The notes: generated from the sequence alone by a model not told the origin. DNA of 34,274 nucleotides from an uncultured Syntrophorhabdus sp. (GCA_964599175.1 CAZREE010000005.1:1-34274), one strand, 5' to 3'. Shown: positions 23,195 to 31,440, counted from the stretch's first letter. Program-made: numbers and translations.

Positions 23195-24094
23195 TCAGGA
23201 TTGATCCCCTCTTTGGATCGACTGGTCTGCCTTCCACTTTAATTTTCTCCATTCCTCATCCACTTCTCTCTGGATCTTTTTTATCTCCTTATCGGTAATG
23301 TGCTGAAATCTTCCCTGCTTCAATAGATATCGCTCAACAGGCAGTCGCCGCGGCTCATGATTGATTGTAAACCGGACTCCATCCTCCACCTCGTAGAGAG
23401 GAAAAATATTCGTTTCAACGGCAAGAATCGATATCTCCGGAGAAAGATCAGTGGCCATCCGCCATCCCGTCGGGCAGGGACTCAGTAGGTGAATAAACTT
23501 CGTTCCCCGGATCCCCTTGGCTTTGTTAATCTTCTGTTGAAGATCCTGCGGGAAACCGATGGTGGCTGTGGCTGAGTAAGGATTATAATGGGCCGCCATG
23601 ATCTCCATGATATTCTTCTTCCGCCTGGTATTTCCTTTCGGGGTTGTCCCGGTCCAGGCAAAACATGGGGTCGATGAGCTCACCTGAATCCCTGTGTTCA
23701 TATAGCCTTCGTTATCCAGACAAACATAGATGATATCATCGTTGTTCTTCGTCACCCCTGAAAGAGCTGCCAGTCCGATGTCATAAGTCCCTCCATCTCC
23801 TGCAAAGGCCAGCGCCTGGATATCATCCCTGCCCTGAATCTTCAGGGCATTGGCAATTCCAGCCGCAGTGGGTGCGGCGATTTCGAAAGCGGAATGGAAC
23901 GTTGGAACGCCATAGGCTGTAATCGGATAGAGCCCGCCGATCGAGCCTTCGCAAGAGGGAACGATGACGGCAATCGTTTTCGGCCCCATGGCTTGAAGCA
24001 CAAGCCTCATGCCCACCGCAAGGCCGCAACCTGCACAGGCCGCATGACCCGGCCGAAGGTAATTGGGTTGATGTTCAGGTTGTATCATTTGCAA
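23195..24094 (-). CDS. 2-oxoacid:ferredoxin oxidoreductase beta (TPP-binding) subunit, POR/VOR type
   Basis: PGHAACAGCG N-terminal Cys motif, GDGG TPP motif (AFAGDGGTYDIG) and CLDNEGYMNTG. Confidence 0.85.
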   Translation of the reverse strand: MQMIQPEHQPNYLRPGHAACAGCGLAVGMRLVLQAMGPKTIAVIVPSCEGSIGGLYPITAYGVPTFHSAFEIAAPTAAGIANALKIQGRDDIQALAFAGDGGTYDIGLAALSGVTKNNDDIIYVCLDNEGYMNTGIQVSSSTPCFAWTGTTPKGNTRRKKNIMEIMAAHYNPYSATATIGFPQDLQQKINKAKGIRGTKFIHLLSPCPTGWRMATDLSPEISILAVETNIFPLYEVEDGVRFTINHEPRRLPVERYLLKQGRFQHITDKEIKKIQREVDEEWRKLKWKADQSIQRGDQS

Positions 24095-24154
24095 TTCCTC
24101 TGTGTTGGGTAAATTAAACCGCTCCGTCTTCAGCCTTTAAATTTAAAACTCTTT

Positions 24155-24182
24155 AATCCGCAATCCGAAATCTGCAATCGGC
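24155..24182. repeat. four tandem heptamers AATCCGC AATCCGA AATCTGC AATCGGC
   Basis: Read directly. They occupy the alpha-beta intercistronic spacer, and the last unit overlaps the alpha-subunit stop codon by 1 nt. Confidence 0.8.
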
Positions 24183-25333
24183 TACTCTTCCATGATCCAG
24201 ATCGACTCATCGACCGGTCCTGTTCTACCAATTGCATCGAGAGCGATCTTTCGGATCACTTCAGGGGTGACATCCGTTCCCCCGACCCCTGCAACAAAAC
24301 TGTAGATAAAGGGATGGTCAGAAGAATGAACCAGGGCCGACCTCAACTCCTGGCAGAAAATGCCTCCTCCTCCGATAGAATTATTCCGATCGATCACAGC
24401 GATCTTTTTCTTTCCTCTCAGCGCCTGTTGAATCGCCTCTCTTGGAAACGGCCTGAAATAGCGTATCTTTAATAATCCGACCCGATGCCCCTCTTCGCGC
24501 AAAGCCCGGATGGCCAACCTGGCTGTGGAGGTGATCGACCCTGCCGTCACAATGGCAACCTCCGCATCCTCCATCATGACAGGTTCAATAATGCCATAAC
24601 CTCGTCCAAAAACTGTCCTGAACTCATGATCCACCTGAGCCGCAACCTCTTTGACGGAGTCCATAGAAGTCTGGGCCATATGCCGATACTTCCTGTATAA
24701 TTCCGATGGAACCACAGGCACGAGAAACCCCGGTTTGTCCATATCGAACCGATGGGGAAGGTCCAACGGCGGTAGGAATTGATCTACCTTCTCCTGATCC
24801 GGAAGCTCCACAGGCTCCATAAAATGAGAAACAAAAAACGCCTCCAGGGAGATCATGACAGGCAAAAAGACCTTCTCCGCAATCCTATAAGCTTGAATCA
24901 CGCTGTCGAGCGCCTCCTGACCATTTTCACAATAAAGCTGGATCCATCCCGTATCCCTTTGCGAAAGGCTGTCAAGCTGGTCTGCCCAGAATCCCCATGG
25001 GGCTGAGATGATGCGATTCACATTGGCCATGACAACAGGCACACGACAACCCGCGGCAAAATGGAGCATCTCATGCATGAGGGCAAGTCCCTGTGAAGAG
25101 GTGGCTGTAAACGTCCTGACGCCTGTTAAAGAAGCCGCTATGCATGAAGCCATAGCCGAATGCTCGGATTCGGTGCGCATCATAATTCCCTTGATCGCTT
25201 CCGAAGCCTCCCATTCCGAGAGCTTTTCATAAATCGGCGTCTGAGGGGTGATGGGATAAGCAGCAATCAGCGGCGTTCTGCAGAGTTTCACGGCATGGGC
25301 CACTGCATGATTTCCTGTCATGAACTCTCTCAT
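24182..25333 (-). CDS. 2-oxoacid:ferredoxin oxidoreductase alpha subunit
   Basis: Start re-set to the ATG at 25333, which has an ATGA overlap with the upstream gene. MTGNHAVAHAVKLCRTPLIAAYPITPQT and TESEHSAMASCIAASLTGVRTFTATSSQGL are typical PorA/VorA blocks. Confidence 0.85.
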   Translation of the reverse strand: MREFMTGNHAVAHAVKLCRTPLIAAYPITPQTPIYEKLSEWEASEAIKGIMMRTESEHSAMASCIAASLTGVRTFTATSSQGLALMHEMLHFAAGCRVPVVMANVNRIISAPWGFWADQLDSLSQRDTGWIQLYCENGQEALDSVIQAYRIAEKVFLPVMISLEAFFVSHFMEPVELPDQEKVDQFLPPLDLPHRFDMDKPGFLVPVVPSELYRKYRHMAQTSMDSVKEVAAQVDHEFRTVFGRGYGIIEPVMMEDAEVAIVTAGSITSTARLAIRALREEGHRVGLLKIRYFRPFPREAIQQALRGKKKIAVIDRNNSIGGGGIFCQELRSALVHSSDHPFIYSFVAGVGGTDVTPEVIRKIALDAIGRTGPVDESIWIMEE

Positions 25334-27069
25334 GAAATTAGCCTCATTTCGATCACATGTCTCGGGCAGGCCCTGGAACAGGTGCCGCACCCCTTGCAGT
25401 GGTCAAGATCGACCCTTCTGATTCGGTTTGCAGAATCGAACGAAACGATCCCTTCCGGACAGAAAAAGTAACAGTTGTAGCAATAATTGCAGGTTCCACA
25501 GGAGAAACATCTTAGGGCTGAAAGCCTTGCTCCTTCCGATGAAAATCCGGTATGGACTTCTGAAAACCCCTTCAGGGCCTTGCCTGTGTCGATTCTCCCG
25601 GGTCTCACTCTTTCAGACGGTTTGAAAAAGAGCGTGTTGATCTGATCGTAAACAACAACACCCCTGGGCTCCTCCCAGAACCCTCTCTCTCTGCCCTTGA
25701 AATAGGCTTCCATCGAAAGGGCTCCTTTTGACCCGACCCTGATCTTTGAAAAGGCCTCTTCCGGATCTATCCCCCTCAAAGAGAGGTCTATGGAAATGGC
25801 AGCCTTCTTTCCGGAAGCGATGGCGGTCACCACACTTCTCTGTTGGTCTACAGCGTCGCCTCCTGCAAAAATTTTTGTAATACCGCTCCAGGGTGAAGAT
25901 GTTGTTTTAAGGAATCCGTTTTCGATCAGGTCTTGTGGAACCCATGAAAGATCCACACCTTCACCGACCGCTGTAATCAGGCGGTCTGCCTCCATCATCA
26001 CAAAGTCGCCTTTGATCGGGATCGGACGGGGTCGTTCTTCCTTGCTCGATTTTCTCAGTCTCATGCGTTGAAACTTGACACGGATCTTCCTGTTTTTGAG
26101 GAGCTTGATCTCTATCGGTTGAACCAGGAACTCAAATCGCACCCCTTCTTGCTCGGCTTCTTCAACCTCATCCGAAATGGCAGGCATCTCCTTTTTCGTC
26201 CGACGGTAGGCAACTGTTACGGATGAACCCAGACGACGCGCGGAGCGCGCAACATCCATAGCCGTATTTCCCCCTCCGATCACAATCACTTCTTTTCCAG
26301 GCTTGATTCTTTCTCCCGAATTGATTCGGTTCAAGAAGTCTGTTCCTTTCCAGACCTTTGCCAGATTCTCACCTTTGACTCCAAGCGGGATACTCCGGCC
26401 TGCCCCGGGAGACAAAAAGATGCCGTCGAATTGACTCAAGGCTTCCAGTGCCAGATCTTTTCCAACCTTCACGCCTGTTTTCATCTCGATGCCAAGTCCT
26501 AATATCCTTCCGATCTCCTTTTTCAGCGCTCGCTTCGGAAGCCTGTACTCAGGGATTCCCCATCGAAGGACACCCCCGGGTTCTTTCCTGGCTTCAAAAA
26601 CCGTCACCTTGTGCCCGAGCAGAGCGAGGAAATAGGCGCAGGAGAGACCGGCAGGCCCTGCTCCGACAATCGCAATCTTTTTTGGATCGTCATTGGGCGC
26701 TGGATTCAGTTTCGGAGAAAGGTCAACCGTAGCATCAAACACATGCCTCTCTAAGGCATTGACCGATACAGTCTCATCATACTGGTTTCGGTTACATCTG
26801 CTCTCGCAGGGATGAAAACAGACCCTGCCGCAGACTCCGGGCAAAGGGTTCTCCTTTAAAATCGTATGAAGCGCTTCCTGGGAATGTCCCTCTCCTGCAA
26901 GATAGATAAACGTGGCTATTGGATTTCCTGCCGGGCAGGCCTCTGCGCAAGGGGCTGTCATAAAAGCGGACTCAGGTTTTTGAAAACCCCACTTGCCGGT
27001 CTCAATCAACTCGGTGCTTTCATAGGAGACGGGGATGACTAATTCAACAGACTCAGCGTAAACTTTCAT
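25330..27069 (-). CDS. GltD/NfnB-type NAD(P)H flavoprotein fused to an OFOR delta-type 2x[4Fe-4S] ferredoxin domain
   Basis: N-terminal Cys clusters (CAEACPAGNPI, CGRVCFHPCESRC). Two dinucleotide folds (IAIVGAGPAGLSCA, VIVIGGGNTAMD). The C-terminus has CNYCYNCYFFCP and CKGCGTCSRACP. I prefer the ATG at 27069 over the TTG at 27108. Confidence 0.8.
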   Translation of the reverse strand: MKVYAESVELVIPVSYESTELIETGKWGFQKPESAFMTAPCAEACPAGNPIATFIYLAGEGHSQEALHTILKENPLPGVCGRVCFHPCESRCNRNQYDETVSVNALERHVFDATVDLSPKLNPAPNDDPKKIAIVGAGPAGLSCAYFLALLGHKVTVFEARKEPGGVLRWGIPEYRLPKRALKKEIGRILGLGIEMKTGVKVGKDLALEALSQFDGIFLSPGAGRSIPLGVKGENLAKVWKGTDFLNRINSGERIKPGKEVIVIGGGNTAMDVARSARRLGSSVTVAYRRTKKEMPAISDEVEEAEQEGVRFEFLVQPIEIKLLKNRKIRVKFQRMRLRKSSKEERPRPIPIKGDFVMMEADRLITAVGEGVDLSWVPQDLIENGFLKTTSSPWSGITKIFAGGDAVDQQRSVVTAIASGKKAAISIDLSLRGIDPEEAFSKIRVGSKGALSMEAYFKGRERGFWEEPRGVVVYDQINTLFFKPSERVRPGRIDTGKALKGFSEVHTGFSSEGARLSALRCFSCGTCNYCYNCYFFCPEGIVSFDSANRIRRVDLDHCKGCGTCSRACPRHVIEMRLIS

Positions 27070-27604
27070 AGATTCGAACCTTATCGTAGGCTTCTCTGAG
27101 CGCCTCAATATTGGATTCTGTTCTAATGGAAATCATTTGCCGGACTACTTCGATCAGGGTTTCCTTGCGCACCAGATGGGTCAGGGAAGCATAGGCGCCG
27201 AGAAGCGTGGTGTTCAATACCCCTCCTATCCCAGCTTTTCTCGCAATCGCTCCCACATCGATCAGACCGATCTTGAATTGCCTCAACCCCCTGAAGGAAT
27301 CAATCTCTTTGTTCGTATTGATCAGAAGGGTCCCTCCTGGCTTCAGTTCCTGGTGCACCTCTGATTCTTCCATCAGGCTGAGGTCGAAGATGACCAATTG
27401 ATCCGGACGTTTGATCTGACATTTTAATAGAATGGGCTCCTTATCAACCCGCAAAAAACCAAAAACCGGGGCTCCTCGACGCTCTGAGCCGAAAAGGGAG
27501 AAGCACTGGGGATATTTTCCTTCCGTAAAAAAACCTCTTCCTAAAATTTCGGAGGCGATCACCACTCCCTGCCCCCCTCGACCCTTGAATTTAATCTCGA
27601 TCAT
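27053..27604 (-). CDS. 2-oxoacid:ferredoxin oxidoreductase gamma subunit
   Basis: 183 aa. IKFKGRGGQGVVIASEILG is the typical gamma-subunit N-terminus. Confidence 0.85.
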   Translation of the reverse strand: MIEIKFKGRGGQGVVIASEILGRGFFTEGKYPQCFSLFGSERRGAPVFGFLRVDKEPILLKCQIKRPDQLVIFDLSLMEESEVHQELKPGGTLLINTNKEIDSFRGLRQFKIGLIDVGAIARKAGIGGVLNTTLLGAYASLTHLVRKETLIEVVRQMISIRTESNIEALREAYDKVRIYESLR

Positions 27605-27620
27605 CCTCGGTCCCTTATCA

Positions 27621-28292
27621 TTAATTTTGTTCCTCTTTAAAGGCGTATCTTAAGACATCTTTCTTCGACTGCTCTAAATGGCGCTGGATGGCTTGCTTGA
27701 CTTCTAAGAGATTAAATCCTTCAATCGCCAGGAGGATTCCCTTATGTCCCTCAATAGCTCTTGTCACATTTTCGGCTAAATAAATACTTTGAATTCTATA
27801 CCTCAGCATGTGTCGTCTCAGGGACTGCGCCAATTCGAGAAGACGTTGACTGCCGCTATATCTGGCGATGATTTCGTGAAACTGGGCGTCCAATTCAACA
27901 AAGGACTTCACATCTCCGCTCGAAACCTTCTCTTCTGCAAGCGCAATGTTCTCCCTTAACTCTTCAATGAGCCGATCACGTGCCTTCTCAATAGCCCATT
28001 GAACAGCCAGTCCTTCAACAACTCTCCTTATCTCGCATATCTCTTCTACTTCCTGCACACTGGTAGGTCGAACAACATATCCCACCCTCGGGATGGATTC
28101 AATCAGTCCCTCCAGTTCCAGATTATGAAGCGCCTCTCTCACGGGCGTGCGAGATGTTCCGATCTCCCTTGCAATTTTTGCTTCGATCAGATGCTCATGA
28201 GGAGGAATGTCTCCGCTCAAAAGTTTCTCGCGAAGATAGTCATACACCTTTCTTCTTATCGTTTTTGGATTCTTAATGACCAGCCTTCGCAT
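27621..28292 (-). CDS. GntR family (FadR/FCD-type) transcriptional regulator
   Basis: wHTH segment EAKIAREIGTSRTPVREALHNLELEGLI followed by a helical FCD-like C-terminal domain. I prefer the ATG at 28292; the transcript looks leaderless (see promoter feature). Confidence 0.75.
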   Translation of the reverse strand: MRRLVIKNPKTIRRKVYDYLREKLLSGDIPPHEHLIEAKIAREIGTSRTPVREALHNLELEGLIESIPRVGYVVRPTSVQEVEEICEIRRVVEGLAVQWAIEKARDRLIEELRENIALAEEKVSSGDVKSFVELDAQFHEIIARYSGSQRLLELAQSLRRHMLRYRIQSIYLAENVTRAIEGHKGILLAIEGFNLLEVKQAIQRHLEQSKKDVLRYAFKEEQN

Positions 28293-28299
28293 GAGGTGT

Positions 28300-28328
28300 A
28301 CTGTACCCCAGTCTAATTTTTTTGTCAA
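28300..28328 (-). promoter_or_regulatory. candidate sigma-70 promoter giving a leaderless gntR transcript
   Basis: Minus strand reads TTGACA (28328-28323), 17-nt spacer, TACAGT (28305-28300), then only 7 nt (ACACCTC) before the ATG at 28292. No Shine-Dalgarno sequence. The near-palindrome GTACTGTAC overlaps the -10 box. Confidence 0.45.
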
Positions 28329-28342
28329 GCCCCCTTTCCACA

Positions 28343-28371
28343 TTGACAACCATTTAATATTACTATATCAT
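28343..28371 (+). promoter_or_regulatory. candidate sigma-70 promoter of the larA-like gene
   Basis: TTGACA (28343-28348), 17-nt spacer, TATCAT (28366-28371). AAGGAG Shine-Dalgarno sequence 8 nt before the ATG at 28419. Confidence 0.5.
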
Positions 28372-28384
28372 TGTGATTACCACA
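28372..28384. promoter_or_regulatory. candidate repressor operator TGTGATTACCACA
   Basis: 13-bp palindrome with 5 of 6 pairs matched, directly abutting the -10 box of the larA promoter. Confidence 0.3.
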
Positions 28385-28418
28385 TGACACCCTGTAACTA
28401 CTCAAAGGAGTCCGTTAA

Positions 28419-29702
28419 ATGGATCCATATCTCAACTACGACGGAGAGAGAAAGACCTTTTCCATTCCAGAGGGATGGAATGTGATCTCAAGCGAGGACA
28501 AACCTCCCATCCCCGGAGTAAAAGATCCCGTTCAGGAAATTCGGCAAGCGCTGGATCATCCCATAGGATCTTCCGGAATTGAAGATCTGGCTCGACCCGG
28601 AATGGAGGTCGTGCTTTTATTCGATGACCTCCAGCGACCAACTCCTGCTCATCTTGCCCTGCCTGAAATGATGAACCGCCTCAACAGGGCCGGCATTCCG
28701 GACGGACGGATCACAGGCATTTGCGCCCTTGGAACTCATCCCATTCCCTCACTCGAACACCTTGAGATAAAGGTGGGCAAGGAAGTATTTTCCCGGCTAT
28801 CCGGTCGTCTCTTTCCTCACAACCCCCATGCCTCTGACAATGTGATCATCGGAAAGACTCATCGGGGAACATTGGTCGAGGTGAACCGTCATGTCGCCTT
28901 GGCGGATCTGATCATTGGCGTGGGCGAATGCATGCCCCACCCTATTGCCGGATATGGCGGAGGATATAAAATCATCATGCCCGGGGTCTGTTCGTATCGC
29001 TCTGTTGCGGATCATCACTTTCACTGGATGCGGCACCGCAACAGCAGGGTCAATCTGCTCGACGGAAACCATTTTCTTGAAGACATCCTGGATGCCGGCC
29101 GGTTATCGAGAATGGCTTTTAAACTCGACCTTATCATCAATGAAAAAAAGGAGGTCATCCGTGCTTTTGCAGGAGATCCCATCGCCGAGCACAGAGAGGC
29201 TTCCAATTGCGCCGCCTCACTCTATACCATCCCCCTCTCGAAACTGGCTGATGTGACGATCGTCTCTGCGTATCCTTTGGAGGTAGGAGTTCAATCAACC
29301 AAAGCCCTGACCATGGCGGGATTCTGCACTCGATCCGGTGGCGCCATCATCTGGGTTGCCCCTCAGAAGCAGACAGGTTCCATCATGCCTCTCATTAAAG
29401 AGATGGCAAGTCCAGAGAGCGCCGGCGATTTTCACCGGCGCCTCATCATAGGAGATATCCCAGAACATCTCCGCTCATTCGGGATCTCCTACATCATGCA
29501 GGTCGTCTACTTCAAGGAGTTAGCCGAGAAATTCACCGTGGTTCATGTAACGGAGGGGCTTTCAGAAGAGCAGGTGAGGATGATGAAATTCGCATACGCT
29601 CCCACCCTACAGGATGCCATCGATCAGGTGTACAAGAAGATGGATCGGGCAGATGTCGCCATCTTTCCCTCCGGCGGCAACATCATCCCCCAGGTCCGCT
29701 AA
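28419..29702 (+). CDS. larA: LarA-family nickel-pincer-nucleotide-dependent 2-hydroxyacid racemase/epimerase (DUF2088)
   Basis: 427 aa with DLQR, GTH, PHPIAGYGGGYK (His-x9-Lys) and ADHH 15-16 residues after the Lys. These match the positions I recall as D72/R75/H108/H174/K184/H200 in L. plantarum LarA. Confidence 0.8.
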   Translation: MDPYLNYDGERKTFSIPEGWNVISSEDKPPIPGVKDPVQEIRQALDHPIGSSGIEDLARPGMEVVLLFDDLQRPTPAHLALPEMMNRLNRAGIPDGRITGICALGTHPIPSLEHLEIKVGKEVFSRLSGRLFPHNPHASDNVIIGKTHRGTLVEVNRHVALADLIIGVGECMPHPIAGYGGGYKIIMPGVCSYRSVADHHFHWMRHRNSRVNLLDGNHFLEDILDAGRLSRMAFKLDLIINEKKEVIRAFAGDPIAEHREASNCAASLYTIPLSKLADVTIVSAYPLEVGVQSTKALTMAGFCTRSGGAIIWVAPQKQTGSIMPLIKEMASPESAGDFHRRLIIGDIPEHLRSFGISYIMQVVYFKELAEKFTVVHVTEGLSEEQVRMMKFAYAPTLQDAIDQVYKKMDRADVAIFPSGGNIIPQVR

Positions 29703-30373
29703 GGAAAGGACAGTGAAGGGGTTAGGAATAGCGCTTGGGTCACTTCCTCACCGGGCTTCAAGATAATAAATTCCTCATCCCACCATCCTTGAAGCATCTT
29801 TTCAAAAAATGCAAGTGACCCGGCCATCTCTTCATACCTGAGATGAAGAAACCGTGCATTCTCTCTGGCATGTTCCCGATGGTCTTCTGACAAATTTGCC
29901 CCCATATTCACCAAAGCAATTCTCGTATAGTTCTTCAATTGTTCCTTGATCGCCCATTCGGCAGTTTCCTGACCGTAACGTTTGCAGTATTCCTTGTAAA
30001 TCCCGAGCGGAGACTTCCCTTCTTCGATCCACCCCTTGGTGAGATAGTAGGTCCCAGGCTCTCTTGTCTGCTCTTCCATATATTTTTCCCGGGACCCTAA
30101 AAAGAGAGCGATACAATCATGGACCTTTGGAATGACGAGTGGATGCCGATTGGCCTTCACCCCTAAGATTCCGTTACTGCAAAGTCCATAGCTCAAGATA
30201 ACATAATCCGATACTTGCTTCGCAGCTTTGTCGATCTCCTCCTGAACGACCGGTTTCATCTTCTGAGGAGTGAGATGGAGCGACTGTTCCAGAAAAACGA
30301 AAGAAATTCCATTAATCTGAAACCGGAGAAGCTCCTCTTTCATGATGTTGCAGGCAATGACGGTGAATTTCAT
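29699..30373 (-). CDS. DUF1638 domain protein
   Basis: 224 aa. Blocks YVILSYGLCSNG and IPKVHDCIALFLGS resemble DUF1638 as I recall it. Its stop codon overlaps the larA stop codon, in convergent orientation. Confidence 0.65.
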   Translation of the reverse strand: MKFTVIACNIMKEELLRFQINGISFVFLEQSLHLTPQKMKPVVQEEIDKAAKQVSDYVILSYGLCSNGILGVKANRHPLVIPKVHDCIALFLGSREKYMEEQTREPGTYYLTKGWIEEGKSPLGIYKEYCKRYGQETAEWAIKEQLKNYTRIALVNMGANLSEDHREHARENARFLHLRYEEMAGSLAFFEKMLQGWWDEEFIILKPGEEVTQALFLTPSLSFP

Positions 30374-30537
30374 CGGTACCTATTCGCGATTCTCCCTTCT
30401 CTGGATCCCGAAATGTACTTCATGCAGAATTCATTGTTGCCGGCGATGAGGAGGGCTGCCTTGAGAGCTCCGAAGAGCTGCTTGCTCTGGGGATCCGATA
30501 TAACAGGATCCAAACCGCGTTTCCACCCATACGGCAA
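30370..30537 (-). CDS. possible unannotated 55-codon ORF, or remnant, translationally coupled to DUF1638
   Basis: The frame is open from 30555 to the TGA at 30372-30370, which overlaps the DUF1638 ATG (ATGA). The only long start is the TTG at 30537, with GAGG 12 nt upstream. Translation: LPYGWKRGLDPVISDPQSKQLFGALKAALLIAGNNEFCMKYISGSREGRIANRYR. Confidence 0.2.
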   Translation of the reverse strand: MPYGWKRGLDPVISDPQSKQLFGALKAALLIAGNNEFCMKYISGSREGRIANRYR

Positions 30538-30719
30538 TAAAAAATCTTGCCTCGGTTAACTCCAAAATATAGAGCTATCATTTTTTTGCACAGAATTTGG
30601 TTCAGGGTTGAATTGGGTTTGGGGTCGGATCAAGCTAACTTATGAAGAAGGGTTTCTTATAACCCCTGCATGTACCATGCTCAAATTGTGTGCCGGGGCC
30701 GCTGTATGCCTTGGTTAAC

Positions 30720-31202
30720 TCATTTTTTGTGCAACCTCTTAAATAAATACCGATTTTTTGAGGAAGAAAACCCTCGCTGGGAGTAAAAACCAAACGCTCG
30801 TTCGTTTAAGGGGGTGACCTCTACCTGAAGACCTTTCAAACATCTCGCTTTCATAGTGGCCACATGTTCTATAAAAGAGCTGCCTATCCCCTTTCTCCGC
30901 CATCGGGGTTTGACGAACAATTCATCAATAAAAACGATTTCACCACCGTATTCATTGCTCCAATAGTAGATGACGATAGCATACCCTACAACGGCTTCGC
31001 CGATCCGAAACAGAATAATGCTTCCCCTCGACGGTTGCAGCGACAGTTCCCGCACAGTGCGTCCGATCTTCCGGCGAGACATCTTTTCTCCGTAGGAATC
31101 CTCCCGATAAAGAGCGAGGGCCATCCGCTCAAGCTCAACCAAATCCCTATCATGAAAGATTTCAAAGCGAGGGGTTTTTCCGTTCATGTATCTGGAATTC
31201 AT
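30720..31202 (-). CDS. GNAT family N-acetyltransferase
   Basis: 160 aa with acetyl-CoA motif A (LFVKPRWRRKGIGSSF). AAGGAA Shine-Dalgarno sequence. Confidence 0.8.
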   Translation of the reverse strand: MNSRYMNGKTPRFEIFHDRDLVELERMALALYREDSYGEKMSRRKIGRTVRELSLQPSRGSIILFRIGEAVVGYAIVIYYWSNEYGGEIVFIDELFVKPRWRRKGIGSSFIEHVATMKARCLKGLQVEVTPLNERAFGFYSQRGFSSSKNRYLFKRLHKK

Positions 31203-31440
31203 TCTTGTTCCTTTTATAACTTACAAAATCAGGTATAAGAGGCTTCGGTAATTCGGTATTTTATTTGCCTGGACTTTCAATTAATATCCCGGCGGGTATC
31301 TGAAGAAGGCAAAAAAATGATATGACATTGGTCCCCGGGAACACCAACCCATGATCTTCCGATTATGGCAAGACATTATCAAAAAAGGATAGGTTCGTCA
31401 AGATATTTAACCGGTCTCTGAGGGAAGATTTTGGGGTAAC

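Noticed and set aside
30215-30559. 114-aa plus-strand ORF
   Set aside because: It is antisense to the DUF1638 5' end and to the coupled small frame. It has no Shine-Dalgarno sequence and no recognisable motifs.
30787-30802. Third copy of the operator-like AAACGAACG motif (reverse complement of AAACGCTCGTTCGTTT)
   Set aside because: It lies inside the GNAT coding sequence, far from any promoter. It lacks the CGAACG/CGTTCG inverted core, so it is probably a chance partial match.
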